The notes: generated by a model not told the origin, from the letters alone. DNA of 64,000 bases from an uncultured Planctomycetaceae bacterium (GCA_963833985.1 CAWIAD010000001.1:3008001-3072000), one strand, 5' to 3'. Numbered from the stretch's first letter, positions 1-11,545 are shown. A program made the numbers and translations.

Positions 1-1453
1 AGGGCCAGGCTTGAGAGCTCGATCGTCGGGCATGCTGCTCCAGAGGAAGTACGACAGCCGGGAGGCGACCTCGAAGTCGTTGAGCGGTATGGCGGCAACC
101 TCGCTGCCGTTCTTGCCGCCGGAGCGCCGCTTGCCCCGGTTGAGCTCCACCCGGAAGAGGAACTGGGGCGACACCAGCGTCGCCTGCACGGCAAGCTGGA
201 TGCCGCGCTCGAAGCTGTCGCTGTTCTCGCGGGCCAGGTCCACGAATCTCAGCAGTCTGGCCAGCTCGCCCCCGCTCACGGGCCGGCGGTACGCCCGGCT
301 GACGAACTTGCGCAGCACTGCTTCGGCACAGGCCGAGCAGTCCTCGGGCCGTTTCGGCGTCTGGAAGATGATCCGCCTGTGGCTTGCCGGCAGCGGCTCG
401 CCGGCGGTGCGGAGCGGCCCCTCAATCTCCAGGCTGTCAACGAGCAGGTTGCGGTCGCGCTGCCGCGGGTCGGGGGCGTCGGGCATGTAATAATCATTGA
501 GGAAGGCGACGGCGAACACGTGCCTCCCCCCGCGGACCCGCAGGCTGTGCTCATAGCTCTGCGGGCTCCCCTCCACGGCCTTCACCTCAATCTGCCGGAG
601 CGGCCTGCCGTCAAGCAGCAGGCCCATGCGCACCGGCTCGGGGCCGGCTTGCTGCCCGCAGGCGCGAACCCGCAGGGCGTAGGAGCCGTCGCGGGGGAAG
701 GCGTGCTCGACATGGATCTCTCCCTGCGAGCTGAGCACCCGCATGTTGTCGGCGGGGCTGCCGCCGGCCGCGTCGCCAAGGGAGCCAGCGTCCCAGGTCT
801 TGATCGGCGCCGGGCGGTTCGTGTCGGCCACGATCGCCTCGACGGCGATCGACTCGGCGGCCGCCAGGTACTTCTCCATGAGGATTGGCGGTATCGACAG
901 CACGTCGCCGATATTGTCGAAGCCGTAACCGACATCGTCCGAGGGAAAGTCATCGGCGGGATGGAAATCCAGGCCGACCAGCTCGCGGATCGTGTTGTTG
1001 TACTCGGCTCGGTTCAGCCGGCGGATGGTCACCCGTCCCGGGTCCACCGTCCGCCCGCACTCCGCTTTCGCCAGCTCGGAGTTGATCCATTGCAACACGG
1101 TGTCGACCTGCTGCGTCGTCGGCTGCGGCCGGTCCTCCGGCGGCATGGTGCCGCCTTGCAGGTTCTCCTTGACGCTGGTCAGCAGCTTGTGGCTCCGCGG
1201 CGCCGTCTGCAACCGTCAAGCCGGTCAAGTTGAGCCCGGCTTTCGGCTTGCTTGCTCCGTGGCAGCCAATGCAATAGCGGTTCAGGATGGGACGGACGGT
1301 CGACTCGAGCACCCCTGGGCTCGCTGCCGGCTTCCGGCCCGGCACCGGAGACGGAGTGGCCGGCTGATCCGCCCTGGCTTCCGTAACCAGCGAACTCGCC
1401 AGCAAGAGGCCGTTCAAGCTCAGGTATCCCAGGTATCCGAACACGCGCATCAT
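1..1453 (-). CDS. Planctomycete cytochrome-c domain protein (PSCyt, DUF1587/DUF1595/DUF1592-type); truncated at window edge; apparent frameshifts near 1195 and 21
   Basis: Signal peptide then CIGCH haem motif. After a frame change near 1195 it reads MPPEDRPQP...RRLNRAEYNNTIRELVG...GYGFDNIG...EKYLAAAE...RAYRRP...LVSPQFLFRVE...EVASRLSYFLWSSMPD. Confidence 0.85.
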
Positions 1454-1694
1454 CGCTTCTCCAGGCCAGCCGGTTCTCCTGGCGGAGCCGGCCGTTGTCG
1501 TGGCGGGAAGCGAAATTTTAACAAAGATAAAACAAGGCTGCGAGCCCAGTCCCAGCCGCCGGCGGCCCGAACGGCTCTGAGCCTTTGTGAACGGAGTGCA
1601 ATTCTGGTATCGTTCGGCTCCATGCGCCGGCAAGCGATGCGCTCGAGTCACAAGCCGACCTGCGACGGAGGTTTTCGGTCTTCGGGAGCAAGCG

Positions 1695-2738
1695 ATGACA
1701 CATCCTCAGAGCACGTCAGAAGCACACGAATCCCAGCCGCCCGGCAGCCTTTGGGCAGGCAGATTGAATCGCATCACGCGCAACCGGTGGCGGATCGCCT
1801 TTCTCTGGGTGGTGATCTCCGGCCCGCTGGCTTACCTCATCGATCGATACATCGAGCCGACCTACCTGGCTTACGGCCTGATCAAGGTCGAATCGTACCC
1901 CGATCTTTTCGGGACGTCCCAGGGCCGCGACGAGGCCGACTCGAAACTCGACTACCTCCAGACGGAAATCGAGACGATCCGGAGCAATCCCGTACTGGCC
2001 CTTGCGCTCATGGATCCTTCCCTCGCGAAATGCGCAGCGATCAAGGATTCGCATGATCCCAGGACCGAGCTCCGCGGAAGACTTGACTTACGGATCCTGG
2101 AAAAGACTCACTTCATCCGGGTCGCGTATGAGGCTTCATCACCGGAAGAAGCGCGCGATGCCGTGAACATAGTCATCAGAGCGTACGCCGCGTACCTGGC
2201 GGCTGATGAGTCTGACGGACGGACGAATTCAGGCAAGTTCATATCAGTGCGAAATAAGTTCGAGGGTGCACGTCGCGATCTGGCCAGGTATACAGACGGT
2301 CTCAAGCAGCGAATCGAGGGGTTGAGGAACAGGCTACGCGAACTCGCGAAGGCCGATGATGCCCTTGCCGCCAAGGCCGGGCAGTCCGGCGAGCTCGATC
2401 GGGGCACCGCCAGGCGGCAAGACGGCGGCGTGTGGAACTCTCACGTGAACCAGGTGGATGCCAGCTTCGTGAGAGACGACCTGGAGCGGGGTTACTCGGC
2501 GTACCGTGTCGCCAGCCGCAAGCTGGAGCAACTCGAGTTTGCCTTGCCGAAGACAGGACCATTCATCGAGCGGGTTGACGAGGCCGAACTTCCAAAAAGC
2601 CCTCATTCCGACCACAGGATCACCTACATGGCGGTTGCGCCGGTCGGCGTGTTGTTCGCGCTGCTGGCAGTGTTCCTGGCCTTCGGCCAGGACCAACCGA
2701 GACGGCGCCCTGGCGCGGAGGCGGCTTCCGAAGTTTGA
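1695..2738 (+). CDS. Wzz/GumC-like chain-length determinant family membrane protein (no kinase domain)
   Basis: N-terminal TM then P-x-Y-x-A (EPTYLA), YLQTEIETIRSNPVL, coiled coil, then 'VDEAELPKSP' before a C-terminal TM; GGGAG upstream of ATG 1695. Confidence 0.65.
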   Translation: MTHPQSTSEAHESQPPGSLWAGRLNRITRNRWRIAFLWVVISGPLAYLIDRYIEPTYLAYGLIKVESYPDLFGTSQGRDEADSKLDYLQTEIETIRSNPVLALALMDPSLAKCAAIKDSHDPRTELRGRLDLRILEKTHFIRVAYEASSPEEARDAVNIVIRAYAAYLAADESDGRTNSGKFISVRNKFEGARRDLARYTDGLKQRIEGLRNRLRELAKADDALAAKAGQSGELDRGTARRQDGGVWNSHVNQVDASFVRDDLERGYSAYRVASRKLEQLEFALPKTGPFIERVDEAELPKSPHSDHRITYMAVAPVGVLFALLAVFLAFGQDQPRRRPGAEAASEV

Positions 2739-2862
2739 CCCGCCGTTCGCCCCCGTGCTTCACACGAGCGTCCGACATGTGTACGATAATGGTGTGCGGG
2801 TCCGCTCCGCCGGAATCGCGAGTGGCTCCGGATTTATCCTGATGGGCTGATGAAACTCTGAA

Positions 2863-4884
2863 ATGAAGACCTCCGGGCTCCTTTCTGTCCTGTCCACGAC
2901 GGTATGGCTCGCCTGGCTGGGTTTTCTTGCACTGCTCTTGGCCATGCTCCGGCTGGGCGCCTGGCATCCGCATTTCTTGCCGGTGACGGCCGCACTGCTG
3001 CTGGTGCTGGCAGCGGGAATCTCGCTACTGATGCTGGGAACCTGGCGGCTGATCCGCGGGCCGGGCCGCAGGCACGCGCTGCTCTGCCTGCTGCTGGGCT
3101 TGCCTCCACTGGGCCTGCTCACCAGCCATCTCATGTACGGCTTCGGTGTGGCGTACGGACGCCAGTTCACGCTCAACCTCCCCATCAAGCTGCTCATGCC
3201 GTTCGGCGAATCGATCCTCGACCTGGTGGCCCGATTCCAGTACCCGGTGCGAACCGTGGGCGAGCGCGTGGTGATGATCTCGGCGCCCATGAAGAGCCCG
3301 GAATACCAGGTCGCCGCCATGGACCGGCACATCCGCGCACTCGAAGCGCGGCTGGGTCGAACCGGCACACGGAAGGTTCACTGGGTCCGAGGAGAGCTGC
3401 TGGGTATCGGCGGCAAGGCCATCCTCGGGATGTGCATGGGCAGCCCGGTGGAGGGCCACTGGCAGGCGCCCGATGCGGAGGGCCTGACCACCCTGGACCG
3501 GCACGAGGTGGCCCATGTTGTGCTCAGCCAGTTCTGTACCGCCGACTCGGAACCGCCCGCGATCCTCATGGAGGGATGGGCCGAGGCCGCCTCGCTGGCC
3601 TCTGCCATCAGCCACCGTGTCCGCGCCCTGTCGCAGCAGGAGGGCGGGCGCTGGCTGTCGCTGGCAGAGCTGACCGGCCCCGACTGGTATGGCCGTCACG
3701 ATTATCCCGTCTATGTCCAGGGAGCGGTGCTGGTCGATTATCTGCTCCGCCGATTCGGGCCGGATCGTTTCGTGGAGCTCTACGCCACCTGCCGGCGGCG
3801 CGAGTTCGCCAGCGACCTGGAGCGAATCGTGGGGATCACACTCGAGCAGCTCGACCGCGACTACGAGGCCGACCTCCAGGCGTCCATCGGGCCGGGCGGC
3901 TACCACGCCGCCTGGATCGCGTCGCTGCCTCTGGGGCCGAACGTGAAACCAGAGGAATGGAAGCAATTCACGGCAGCGTACCTGGCCGCCTGCGAGCGGA
4001 TACTCGCTCCGTACCGGGAGGTGCGCCTGGTGGCCGAGCGGAGGCACGAGACCATCGAGGAGGGCCAGCTTCCGCACCGCTTCCGCTGGCGCTACGAGCT
4101 GAAGCGGTCCGGCGCACTCTCCAGCGTGCGCATCGTGTACTCGGGGAACCGCGAGGAGATTTACCTGGCACACCCGTCCCACTCGTTCCGGGCCGAGCGC
4201 CAGTCGGCCGCCGATGCCTGGGAGATCCACCAGGACCCGAGCGTCCCGCCCGAGCGCGCGTACCGGCACATGACCAGCGAGATCGCGGTCAGGGACCCTG
4301 TTGCCGCCGGTGCACTCCCGCTTCTCTCCCAGGCGAACTTCGCCACGGAACTGGTGGACCCCATCTGCTTCCAGGTGACCGCGTTCGAACGGCACACGAA
4401 ACCCGAGGGCCCGTTCTTCCGGCTCGTCCTCGAAGCCACCGCCGCCGGGCACCCGGGGTTCCGCAAGCTGGTCCTGGAGATTTCGGCCGCTGACTACCGT
4501 ACGCTCCACGACGAATCAGTGTCGCCAACCGGAGCAGTCTGGACGAGCGATACGGTCTACGAGTCCCGGGACGGCGTGCCGCTGTTTGTGTCGGACCAGA
4601 GCACGGGCCGCTCAGAGGACGGCAAGCCGGCAAGCAATACGCTGGCTGTCGTCGAGCGCACGTTCGGTCCCGTTCCCGAAAGCGAGTTCACGGAGGATCA
4701 CCTGCTCGGCTCGGCCGAGCGGCGCCGCGTGGCCCCATCGGCAGGCCCCGACCAGGAGTCGTGGCCCCTGCGCTTGTGCTGGGTTCCGATCGTCCTGGGA
4801 CTGCTCTCGATGACAGCCGGAGTCCCGCTGGCGCTGCGGGAGTGGAAACGTGGCCGTGCCGGTCCGATCTGGATCGAGACGTAA
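2863..4884 (+). CDS. Membrane protein with zincin/peptidase MA-like domain
   Basis: 673-aa ORF; three N-terminal TMs; HEVAH plus downstream MEGWAE third ligand; C-terminal TM. Confidence 0.7.
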   Translation: MKTSGLLSVLSTTVWLAWLGFLALLLAMLRLGAWHPHFLPVTAALLLVLAAGISLLMLGTWRLIRGPGRRHALLCLLLGLPPLGLLTSHLMYGFGVAYGRQFTLNLPIKLLMPFGESILDLVARFQYPVRTVGERVVMISAPMKSPEYQVAAMDRHIRALEARLGRTGTRKVHWVRGELLGIGGKAILGMCMGSPVEGHWQAPDAEGLTTLDRHEVAHVVLSQFCTADSEPPAILMEGWAEAASLASAISHRVRALSQQEGGRWLSLAELTGPDWYGRHDYPVYVQGAVLVDYLLRRFGPDRFVELYATCRRREFASDLERIVGITLEQLDRDYEADLQASIGPGGYHAAWIASLPLGPNVKPEEWKQFTAAYLAACERILAPYREVRLVAERRHETIEEGQLPHRFRWRYELKRSGALSSVRIVYSGNREEIYLAHPSHSFRAERQSAADAWEIHQDPSVPPERAYRHMTSEIAVRDPVAAGALPLLSQANFATELVDPICFQVTAFERHTKPEGPFFRLVLEATAAGHPGFRKLVLEISAADYRTLHDESVSPTGAVWTSDTVYESRDGVPLFVSDQSTGRSEDGKPASNTLAVVERTFGPVPESEFTEDHLLGSAERRRVAPSAGPDQESWPLRLCWVPIVLGLLSMTAGVPLALREWKRGRAGPIWIET

Positions 4885-4941
4885 TTTCCGTGCTACAAGA
4901 GGTGCAACGTTTCAGCGTTCTACCTGGGGGAACCTGCCGCG

Positions 4942-6301
4942 ATGGCAACCGCCGAGGCCGGCGCCGTTTACCGTGAGCTCGAGGAGCTTGTTCTCCGCGT
5001 CAACGACCACCCCGAGGTGCGGCTGGCGCTCATGGCCCGGGTCAGGGAGGCGCTCGCGAGCGGACCCACGACGTCCCGTGGCGACCGCCTCGGCCTGGCC
5101 GACCAGGTCGAGCGCTGGCGATACCAGCTGCTGAACCACAATGCCGGGCACCTGACCGTCGACCAGGCCGAGTTGACCCGGCGACTGGACGCACTGGCGA
5201 ACACGCTGAGCAGTCGCGAGCCCCGGCCGGCGCGGTCGTTACGAGCCATGCTGAAGACCGAGCACGGGGAGCTCGCTCGGCGAGACGGTCGAGCTCTGCC
5301 TTGATCCGGCTCGTCCCGTGGATCAGGTCGAGCAAGTGGCGCACACGGTCACCGCGAAGCATTTCCACACGCCTCGCGGCAACTCCGTCCGTCCGATGCT
5401 GCTGTATGCACCCTTGTACGTCTCGAACCACTGCATCAACCACTGTCTTTATTGTGGATTTCGCTATCCCAATTCGATGGAGCGGTCGCGGCTCGACGAG
5501 AGCGCGGCGCTTGCCGAGGCCGAGGTTCTCTGTCGGCACGGCTTCCGGCATGTGCTCGTCGTGGCCGGCGAGTACCCCCGGCTGATCACGGTGGATTACC
5601 TGGCCGGGATCGTCTCGGCCCTGAACGACCGGGGGCTGGACATCGCGGTCGAGGTGGCGCCTCAGAGCACGCTCGATTACACCCGGCTGCACGAATCCGG
5701 CGCGGCCGGCGTCACGCTCTACCAGGAGACGTACGACGCGGAAGACTATCGCACCTACCATCCCCGGGGAACCAAGGCCTGGTACGACTGGCGGCTGGAA
5801 GGCCCGGAGCGTGCCGCGCTGGCGGGCATCCGCCGCATCGGCCTGGGTATCCTGCTGGGCCTGGGCGACCCGCTCCGCGAGCTTGACGCCCTGATCGCAC
5901 ACGGCCGCTACCTGCTCGAGCGGTTTCCGGACCTGAAACTGTCGTTCAGCCTGCCGCGCATCCACGAAGCACCCGAGGGCTTCCGGCCGCCCTTCCTCGT
6001 CGATGACGAGCTCTTCATCAGGCTCTACTGCGCGTTGCGGACGGCGGTGCCGAATGCCAACCTGGTGCTCTCGACCCGCGAGCCGGCCCCGCTCCGCGAT
6101 CGGCTGGCCCGAGCCTGCGTCACGCAGATGAGCGCGGGTAGCTCCACCGCGCCGGGAGGGTACCGTACGGCAGATCGGCCGCAGGGCGGGAGCGAGCAGT
6201 TCCCCGTCGTCGATCAGCGCAGCCCGGAGGAGGTGGCCGGATACCTGGCAAGCGCCGGCTTCGAAGTGCTCTGGAGCCCGGACGCGTTGCAGGCGGACTG
6301 A
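4942..6301 (+). CDS. thiH: ThiH-like radical SAM protein (2-iminoacetate synthase family), probably one gene with an apparent frameshift near 5275
   Basis: YAPLYVSNHCINHCLYCGF (CxxxCxxC), YQETY, SLPRI, LSTRE, SAGSSTAPGGY, QFPVVDQRS. The 5318 frame stays open upstream and overlaps the end of ORF 4942-5304. Confidence 0.75.
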
Positions 6302-6382
6302 GGTTTCCGGAGAATTACGCTGAAGGCATCCGTTCCATTTGTGGGTTCCAGCGGCCCTTTCAAGGGCCCAGGGAAGTGGACC

Positions 6383-8362
6383 GTGGGCAACGGCGTAGGG
6401 ACAACGCGCACGCTGCCGCGGCTGGCACTCGGCTGCGGCATGTCGTCCGCAATCATTGGCAGCGCCGCACTTGCCGGCACGGCGATCGGTCAGCCGTTCT
6501 TGATGGGCGTCCGCGCCAGCTACGTGCCCATGGCGCCGAATACGGCCATCGGCTTCGTGGTGATGGGCCTTGTGCTCTGCCTGCTGGCGGCCGACGACCG
6601 CGTCCAACCTGGGATCAGGAAACGTGGGCACAGCCATGCCCGCAACCTGGCGGCGCGGCGGGGCTGGAGGCGATGGGCGACCGACCTGGCCGCCCTGGCG
6701 GCGCTGCTGGTGGCGATTGTCTGCGTGTTTCGGCTCATCGAGTTCGCGGCCGGGGCCAGCTTCGCCGTCGATTCCTGGTTCATGCGTGTGCCGGCACGGA
6801 AGCTGGATGAGATTCCCGTGGGGCGTATGGCCATGTCCACGGCCTTCGCCTTCCTGGCAGCGAGCCTGGCGGCACCGATCCTTGCCTGGAGCCGGCGCGA
6901 GAGGGACTTGCTCGGCCGCAACGTGGCGGGGGCAGGGGCAACGGTCGGGGGAGCCATCGGCCTCATCTTTGTCCTGGGCTACCTGTTCAGCCCCAACGCC
7001 CCCTTGCTGTATGGTGGGCATGTGATCCCCATGGCACTGAACACGGGCATCGGGCTGGTGCTCCTGGGGACTGGACTGGCCGCGGCCGCGGGGCCAGGCG
7101 CCTTCCCACTCCAGCGGCTGTGCGGTCCGAGCATCCGCGCGCGGCTGCTGCGGGTCTTCCTGCCCCTGGTCGTCGGCACGGTGGTCATGGTTGGCTGGCT
7201 CACCCACGTGGTGGCGACAACCGCCGGCGCCTCGACGGCAGCGATTGCCTCGGCCGCACTCGCCACGGCGGCCATCTTCGTGTTCGGCGTTTCCCTGGAA
7301 CGGATTGCCGGCCGGGTCGGCGAGCAGATCGAGCGCGTCGAGGCTGACCTGCAACGCGCCCACGACCAGCTCGAGATCAAGGTGCAGGAACGGACGCGGT
7401 CGCTTCACCTCGCCAACGAGGACCTGGCGCAGGCGTTCCGCGACCTCAACCAGGCGCATTCCGCCCTCCAGAAATCGCACGAGGAACTGAAGCAAACACA
7501 GGGGCGCATGGTCCAGCAGGCCAATCTGGCCAGCCTGGGCCAGACCGCCGCGGGCGTGGCGCACGAGATCAACAACCCCCTCGCGTTCGTCACCAACAAC
7601 ATCACGGTGCTGAAGCGCGAGGTGACTGACCTGCACGATATCTTGCGGCTCTACCAGCAGGCTGAGTCCACCCTGGCTTCCTACCAGAACGACCTGCTGC
7701 AACGGATCCGGCTGCTCAGCGAGGAGGTCGATCTGCCCTTTGTCCAGGCGAACCTCGAAAGCCTGCTGGACCGCTCACGCGAGGGACTGAAGCGGATCCA
7801 GAAGATCGTAGAGAACCTGCGCGACTTCGCCCATCTGGAAGAGGCCGAGCTTCAGGACGCCGACCTGAGCGCAGGCGTCACCGCCACCGTGAGTATCCTG
7901 CGCGAGCTGGCCGGGCGGAGGCACATCACACTGGAGACGGAACTGGAGCCCGTGCCGAAAGTGAGATGCTACCCGGCGAAGATCAACATGGTCATCCAGA
8001 ACCTGGTGCTCAACGCCATCGACGCCTGCCCCGTCGGAGGCAAGGTCGTGGTCCGCAGCCGGGCGCGGAGCGAGGGCGTGGAAATCGAGGTCTGCGATAA
8101 CGGCAGCGGCATCGACCCGGCCATCCAGGCCAAGGTTTTTGATCCGTTCTTCACGACCAAGCCGATCGGGCAGGGAACCGGGCTGGGCCTGTCGATGAGC
8201 TACGGCATCATCAGGGATCACGGTGGTACCATCGCGTTCGAGTCGGAGCCGGGGAGAGGAACCCGGTTCACCATTCAGGTGCCAGGTGACGGGGATCCGC
8301 GATTCACGCCATTGAACGATTCACCCGCCCTGGACCCGCGCCCGGCGCCGACGCCAGCCTGA
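6383..8362 (+). CDS. Multi-TM sensor histidine kinase (start approximate)
   Basis: H-box AHEINNPL, N-box NLVLNAIDA, DNGSGI, FDPFFTTK, GTGLGLS; hydrophobic N-terminal half. Confidence 0.92.
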   Translation: MGNGVGTTRTLPRLALGCGMSSAIIGSAALAGTAIGQPFLMGVRASYVPMAPNTAIGFVVMGLVLCLLAADDRVQPGIRKRGHSHARNLAARRGWRRWATDLAALAALLVAIVCVFRLIEFAAGASFAVDSWFMRVPARKLDEIPVGRMAMSTAFAFLAASLAAPILAWSRRERDLLGRNVAGAGATVGGAIGLIFVLGYLFSPNAPLLYGGHVIPMALNTGIGLVLLGTGLAAAAGPGAFPLQRLCGPSIRARLLRVFLPLVVGTVVMVGWLTHVVATTAGASTAAIASAALATAAIFVFGVSLERIAGRVGEQIERVEADLQRAHDQLEIKVQERTRSLHLANEDLAQAFRDLNQAHSALQKSHEELKQTQGRMVQQANLASLGQTAAGVAHEINNPLAFVTNNITVLKREVTDLHDILRLYQQAESTLASYQNDLLQRIRLLSEEVDLPFVQANLESLLDRSREGLKRIQKIVENLRDFAHLEEAELQDADLSAGVTATVSILRELAGRRHITLETELEPVPKVRCYPAKINMVIQNLVLNAIDACPVGGKVVVRSRARSEGVEIEVCDNGSGIDPAIQAKVFDPFFTTKPIGQGTGLGLSMSYGIIRDHGGTIAFESEPGRGTRFTIQVPGDGDPRFTPLNDSPALDPRPAPTPA

Positions 8363-8551
8363 CCTGGCTGACGACCGCCACTCTTGAAACCGTTGCTCCC
8401 GCGGCCGCGCCCAGTGCCGTTGACCTTCGCCGTGGCATCCCAGATAATTTGGACAAGTGTCATTTCAGACGGAACGCGTACGACCAAACATCCCCGGAAA
8501 GCCTGAGCGCGCTACGGCGATTGCGGAGACTGGCCGAAAACGAGGTGGTGA

Positions 8552-9932
8552 TTGGATTTGTTTGGACGGGCTCGGAGCTTGTTCCAGGGGCTAGCAGCGC
8601 CCCCCATCTCGCGCGTTCAGTACTATAACGTGGCCTGCCCGCTGGGCCATCGCCTGCGCGGCCAGCGGACCAGCGGCTACCAGGCTCTGCGCTGCCCGTC
8701 GTGCGGCGAGGGCATCTTCGTATTGCCCGCCAGCCCGCTGCCGGAGCCCGTGGCCCCCGACCGGCCGGCCAGGAGGCGCACGGCCGTCGCCGCCAGGGCC
8801 GAGGTCGAGCTCGAGGAGAGCCCGCTGGAGCTGAAGGACCCGGGCAAGGCCAGCCTTGATCTTGCCGAGCCCGACGACGCTTCGGTCGAGGCCGAAATTG
8901 TCTGGGACGATGAGCCGGCAGGGCCACCGTCCCGGCCGCCGGGAGATGATCGGTCAGAGGACCTCGGGCGGGAATCCGCGGCCCCCGCCCCTCAAGCAGG
9001 AGGCGGCGCCCCACCCCGGACGGCCAGGCCCGGGGCCCGTCCGGCCGATCCCGCGGCCGGCCGTGACAGAGAGCCGCGCGGAGCCCCGCGATACTCAGCC
9101 CGCCGTGGGGCGGCCTCGCCGCACGGAGCCGACGCACGCCGCGTCCATGGCGGACGTCGAGCCGGGCGCCGGTCTGACGGAGCCAGCACCGAGGAAGAAG
9201 CGTCCTGTCGGCAGCCGCCCGGCACTGGTTCTGCTGTGCGTGATCGTGCTGGCACTGGCCGCCGTGGCATTCCGCTCGTGGAGGAGCCACCGGGCCAGCC
9301 TGCCGCAGGTGGCGCACCTCGGGCAGACCGAGGGAATTGCCGCGCTCGAGGAGGGCCAGTTCGACCACGCCTATCAATTACTCTCCGAGGCCAGAGATGC
9401 GGTCGACACGCTGGGCGACGCGGTGGAAGGGGCCGAGGACATCCGCCAGGCGGCCCGTGAGGCCGCGATCTTCGTGAACCTGCTGGCCGACCCGCTGGAG
9501 AACCTGCTCGACGAGGCCGCCAGGACCAGTCCCCAGGCCTGGGCCGACCGCTTCGATACGCTCTACAAGGGCCGCGCTGTGATCATCGACGCGACAATCA
9601 CCGCGACGCCGTCCACTCCCGGCTCCAGCCGTTATGAGCTGGACTACCTGGTGCTGGTCCCAGGGAACGGGTCGCAGGATGTACGGTATGCCCGGATCGA
9701 CATGATGGGATTCGAGGCGATCACCCAGGCCGACCCCAGGGTGGGAGACCACGTCACCTTCGGCGCGCAACTGGCCGCGTTCGGGTACGACGCCGAAGCC
9801 AAGGAGTGGACCATCCGCCTGGACCCGAAGAGCGGCGCATCCATCACCCACACCAGGGCATTGCAAAGCATGGGGTGGCCGGCAGGGTCGAGCCTTCCTG
9901 ACGACAATTCGGAGACGCCGGAGCTGCCATGA
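8552..9932 (+). CDS. Hypothetical protein: N-terminal Zn-ribbon, Pro-rich linker, one TM, C-terminal domain; apparent frameshift near 8970
   Basis: CPLGH...CPSCG in ORF 8552; TM LVLLCVIVLALAAVAF and globular C-terminus in ORF 8856-9932; stop overlaps the next ATG (ATGA). Confidence 0.65.
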
Positions 9933-11545
9933 CTTGCGTTCGACCCATCCTTGCGGTGCCCTGGATCGTGGCCCTGGTCGCGCTGCTCCTGGCACCAGGT
10001 CGCTTACCAGCGCAGGCCGAGCCCATTCCGGTGGACGCCGCAGAGCTGGCGCGGCGGGCGGACCTCATCGGCAAGACGGTGAGGGTGGATGACCGTGTCA
10101 GGTTCTATACCTACCATCAGGGACGGGGCTATGACGAGCTCGACCTGAAGCGCACCAATGTCATCTTCCGGCTGCCGGCGCGGCTGCGGCCCGAAACACC
10201 GCCCCGCCCCATGCCGGTGGTGGTTCAGGGGCGCCTGGTGCGCGAGGAGGGCCAGCTTTACTGCGACGTGACGGCGGTGAAGGTCATGCCTGGCGACATG
10301 GAGCGGCTCGACCAGGCCATCGCGGCGCTGCCGGCGCGCGATTTTGCCAGCCGCAAGGCCTGGGCAGCCTGGGCCGAAGGGCGCGGTAAGGCATTCAAGG
10401 AAAATGCGCTGATCCAGCGGGCCAGGGAGCTGCAAGCCGACGCCTTGCGACTGGAGGCCGGGCAAAAGCGGGGGACCGTCGACGCCCCCCGTGAGTGGCT
10501 AGCGCTGGCCGGGGACGCGCGACGCCGCAACATCGCCGAGCCCGAGCCTTCTGCACTGGCGCACAAGGCCCTGCGCTCGCTGCTCGCGTCCGCGGAGAAT
10601 GCCGATTCCGTGCAGGAGCTGATCCCGCTCATTGATCGGCTCTTCCCGCGCGCGGCCGGCGATCAGGCTGCGGGCCGAACGGGCCTGGGCAGGTGGGAGA
10701 ACGCGTACACCGCGGACCCGGAAAACGCCTATCGGAACGCACCGGCCGATGTACGCCGGGCGCTGGACCGAAAGCTCTGGGCCGATGCGGTGGCCCGGCG
10801 CATGGAGCGGCAAGCCGAGCGTGACCCGCAGCAGGCGGTCGAGCTGGCGTCGCGGGCGGCAGCCGAGCTTCCCGAGCGCCCCGAGCTTGCGGGCAACCTG
10901 CTGAAGCGGGGCCTCGATCAGGGCCGGAAGAACCTCCCCGGGCTACGGCTTTCGGAGATCAAGAAGCTGGCCGAAGCTTACCAGGAGCGTCTCAAGGACC
11001 CCCAGGCCGCACTGGAGCTGAAGCGCGAGTGGCTGAAGATTCAGCGGGACCGTCTCAGCCCCACGGACGCGGACGGCCCGATCGCCCTGGCAGCGCTCTA
11101 CGACGAGCTGTTACAGGATCGGGCCTCGGCCAGGGAGCTACTGGAACGAGCCTGGAAGATCGATCCGGGTTCGAAGGAAGTGGCCGAGGCCTTTCGCAGC
11201 CGAGGCTTTCAGCGGGTGAAGGACCAGTGGGTCGACACGGCCCCGACCGCGGCCGGCGCTGGGGCCGGCCCCGGCGCCGCGGATGCGGAGGCAACGGCCT
11301 CTTCCAGCCTGCGCGGCAAGACCCCGGACGAGGTCAGCCTGTTGATGGCGTCGAAACCGGACGGAAAAGCGATTTCCGCAACCAAGGGCCAGCTCATCGA
11401 ACAATGGATCTTCCTGGTTCCGAACCAGCGCCAGGTGCGCTACGTGAACTTCCTGCACGCGCCGGGAGACCTCATGCCCCGGGTTGTCGCCGACTACTTC
11501 CTACCGCTCCGTGTCGTCCACGGACAGTTGAAACCGCAGCATTGA
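9929..11545 (+). CDS. Secreted hypothetical protein (possible N-terminal OB-fold, helical/TPR-like middle)
   Basis: 538-aa ORF, signal peptide ending AQA, GC-rich third positions, coupled to the upstream gene. Confidence 0.7.
   Translation: MTCVRPILAVPWIVALVALLLAPGRLPAQAEPIPVDAAELARRADLIGKTVRVDDRVRFYTYHQGRGYDELDLKRTNVIFRLPARLRPETPPRPMPVVVQGRLVREEGQLYCDVTAVKVMPGDMERLDQAIAALPARDFASRKAWAAWAEGRGKAFKENALIQRARELQADALRLEAGQKRGTVDAPREWLALAGDARRRNIAEPEPSALAHKALRSLLASAENADSVQELIPLIDRLFPRAAGDQAAGRTGLGRWENAYTADPENAYRNAPADVRRALDRKLWADAVARRMERQAERDPQQAVELASRAAAELPERPELAGNLLKRGLDQGRKNLPGLRLSEIKKLAEAYQERLKDPQAALELKREWLKIQRDRLSPTDADGPIALAALYDELLQDRASARELLERAWKIDPGSKEVAEAFRSRGFQRVKDQWVDTAPTAAGAGAGPGAADAEATASSSLRGKTPDEVSLLMASKPDGKAISATKGQLIEQWIFLVPNQRQVRYVNFLHAPGDLMPRVVADYFLPLRVVHGQLKPQH

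Noticed and set aside
5042..7702. 886-aa minus-strand ORF and other long antisense ORFs (e.g. 25920-27656, 29815-31581, 33192-34940, 57371-59017)
   Set aside because: Shadow ORFs opposite well-supported genes; expected in high-GC DNA; no recognisable motifs.
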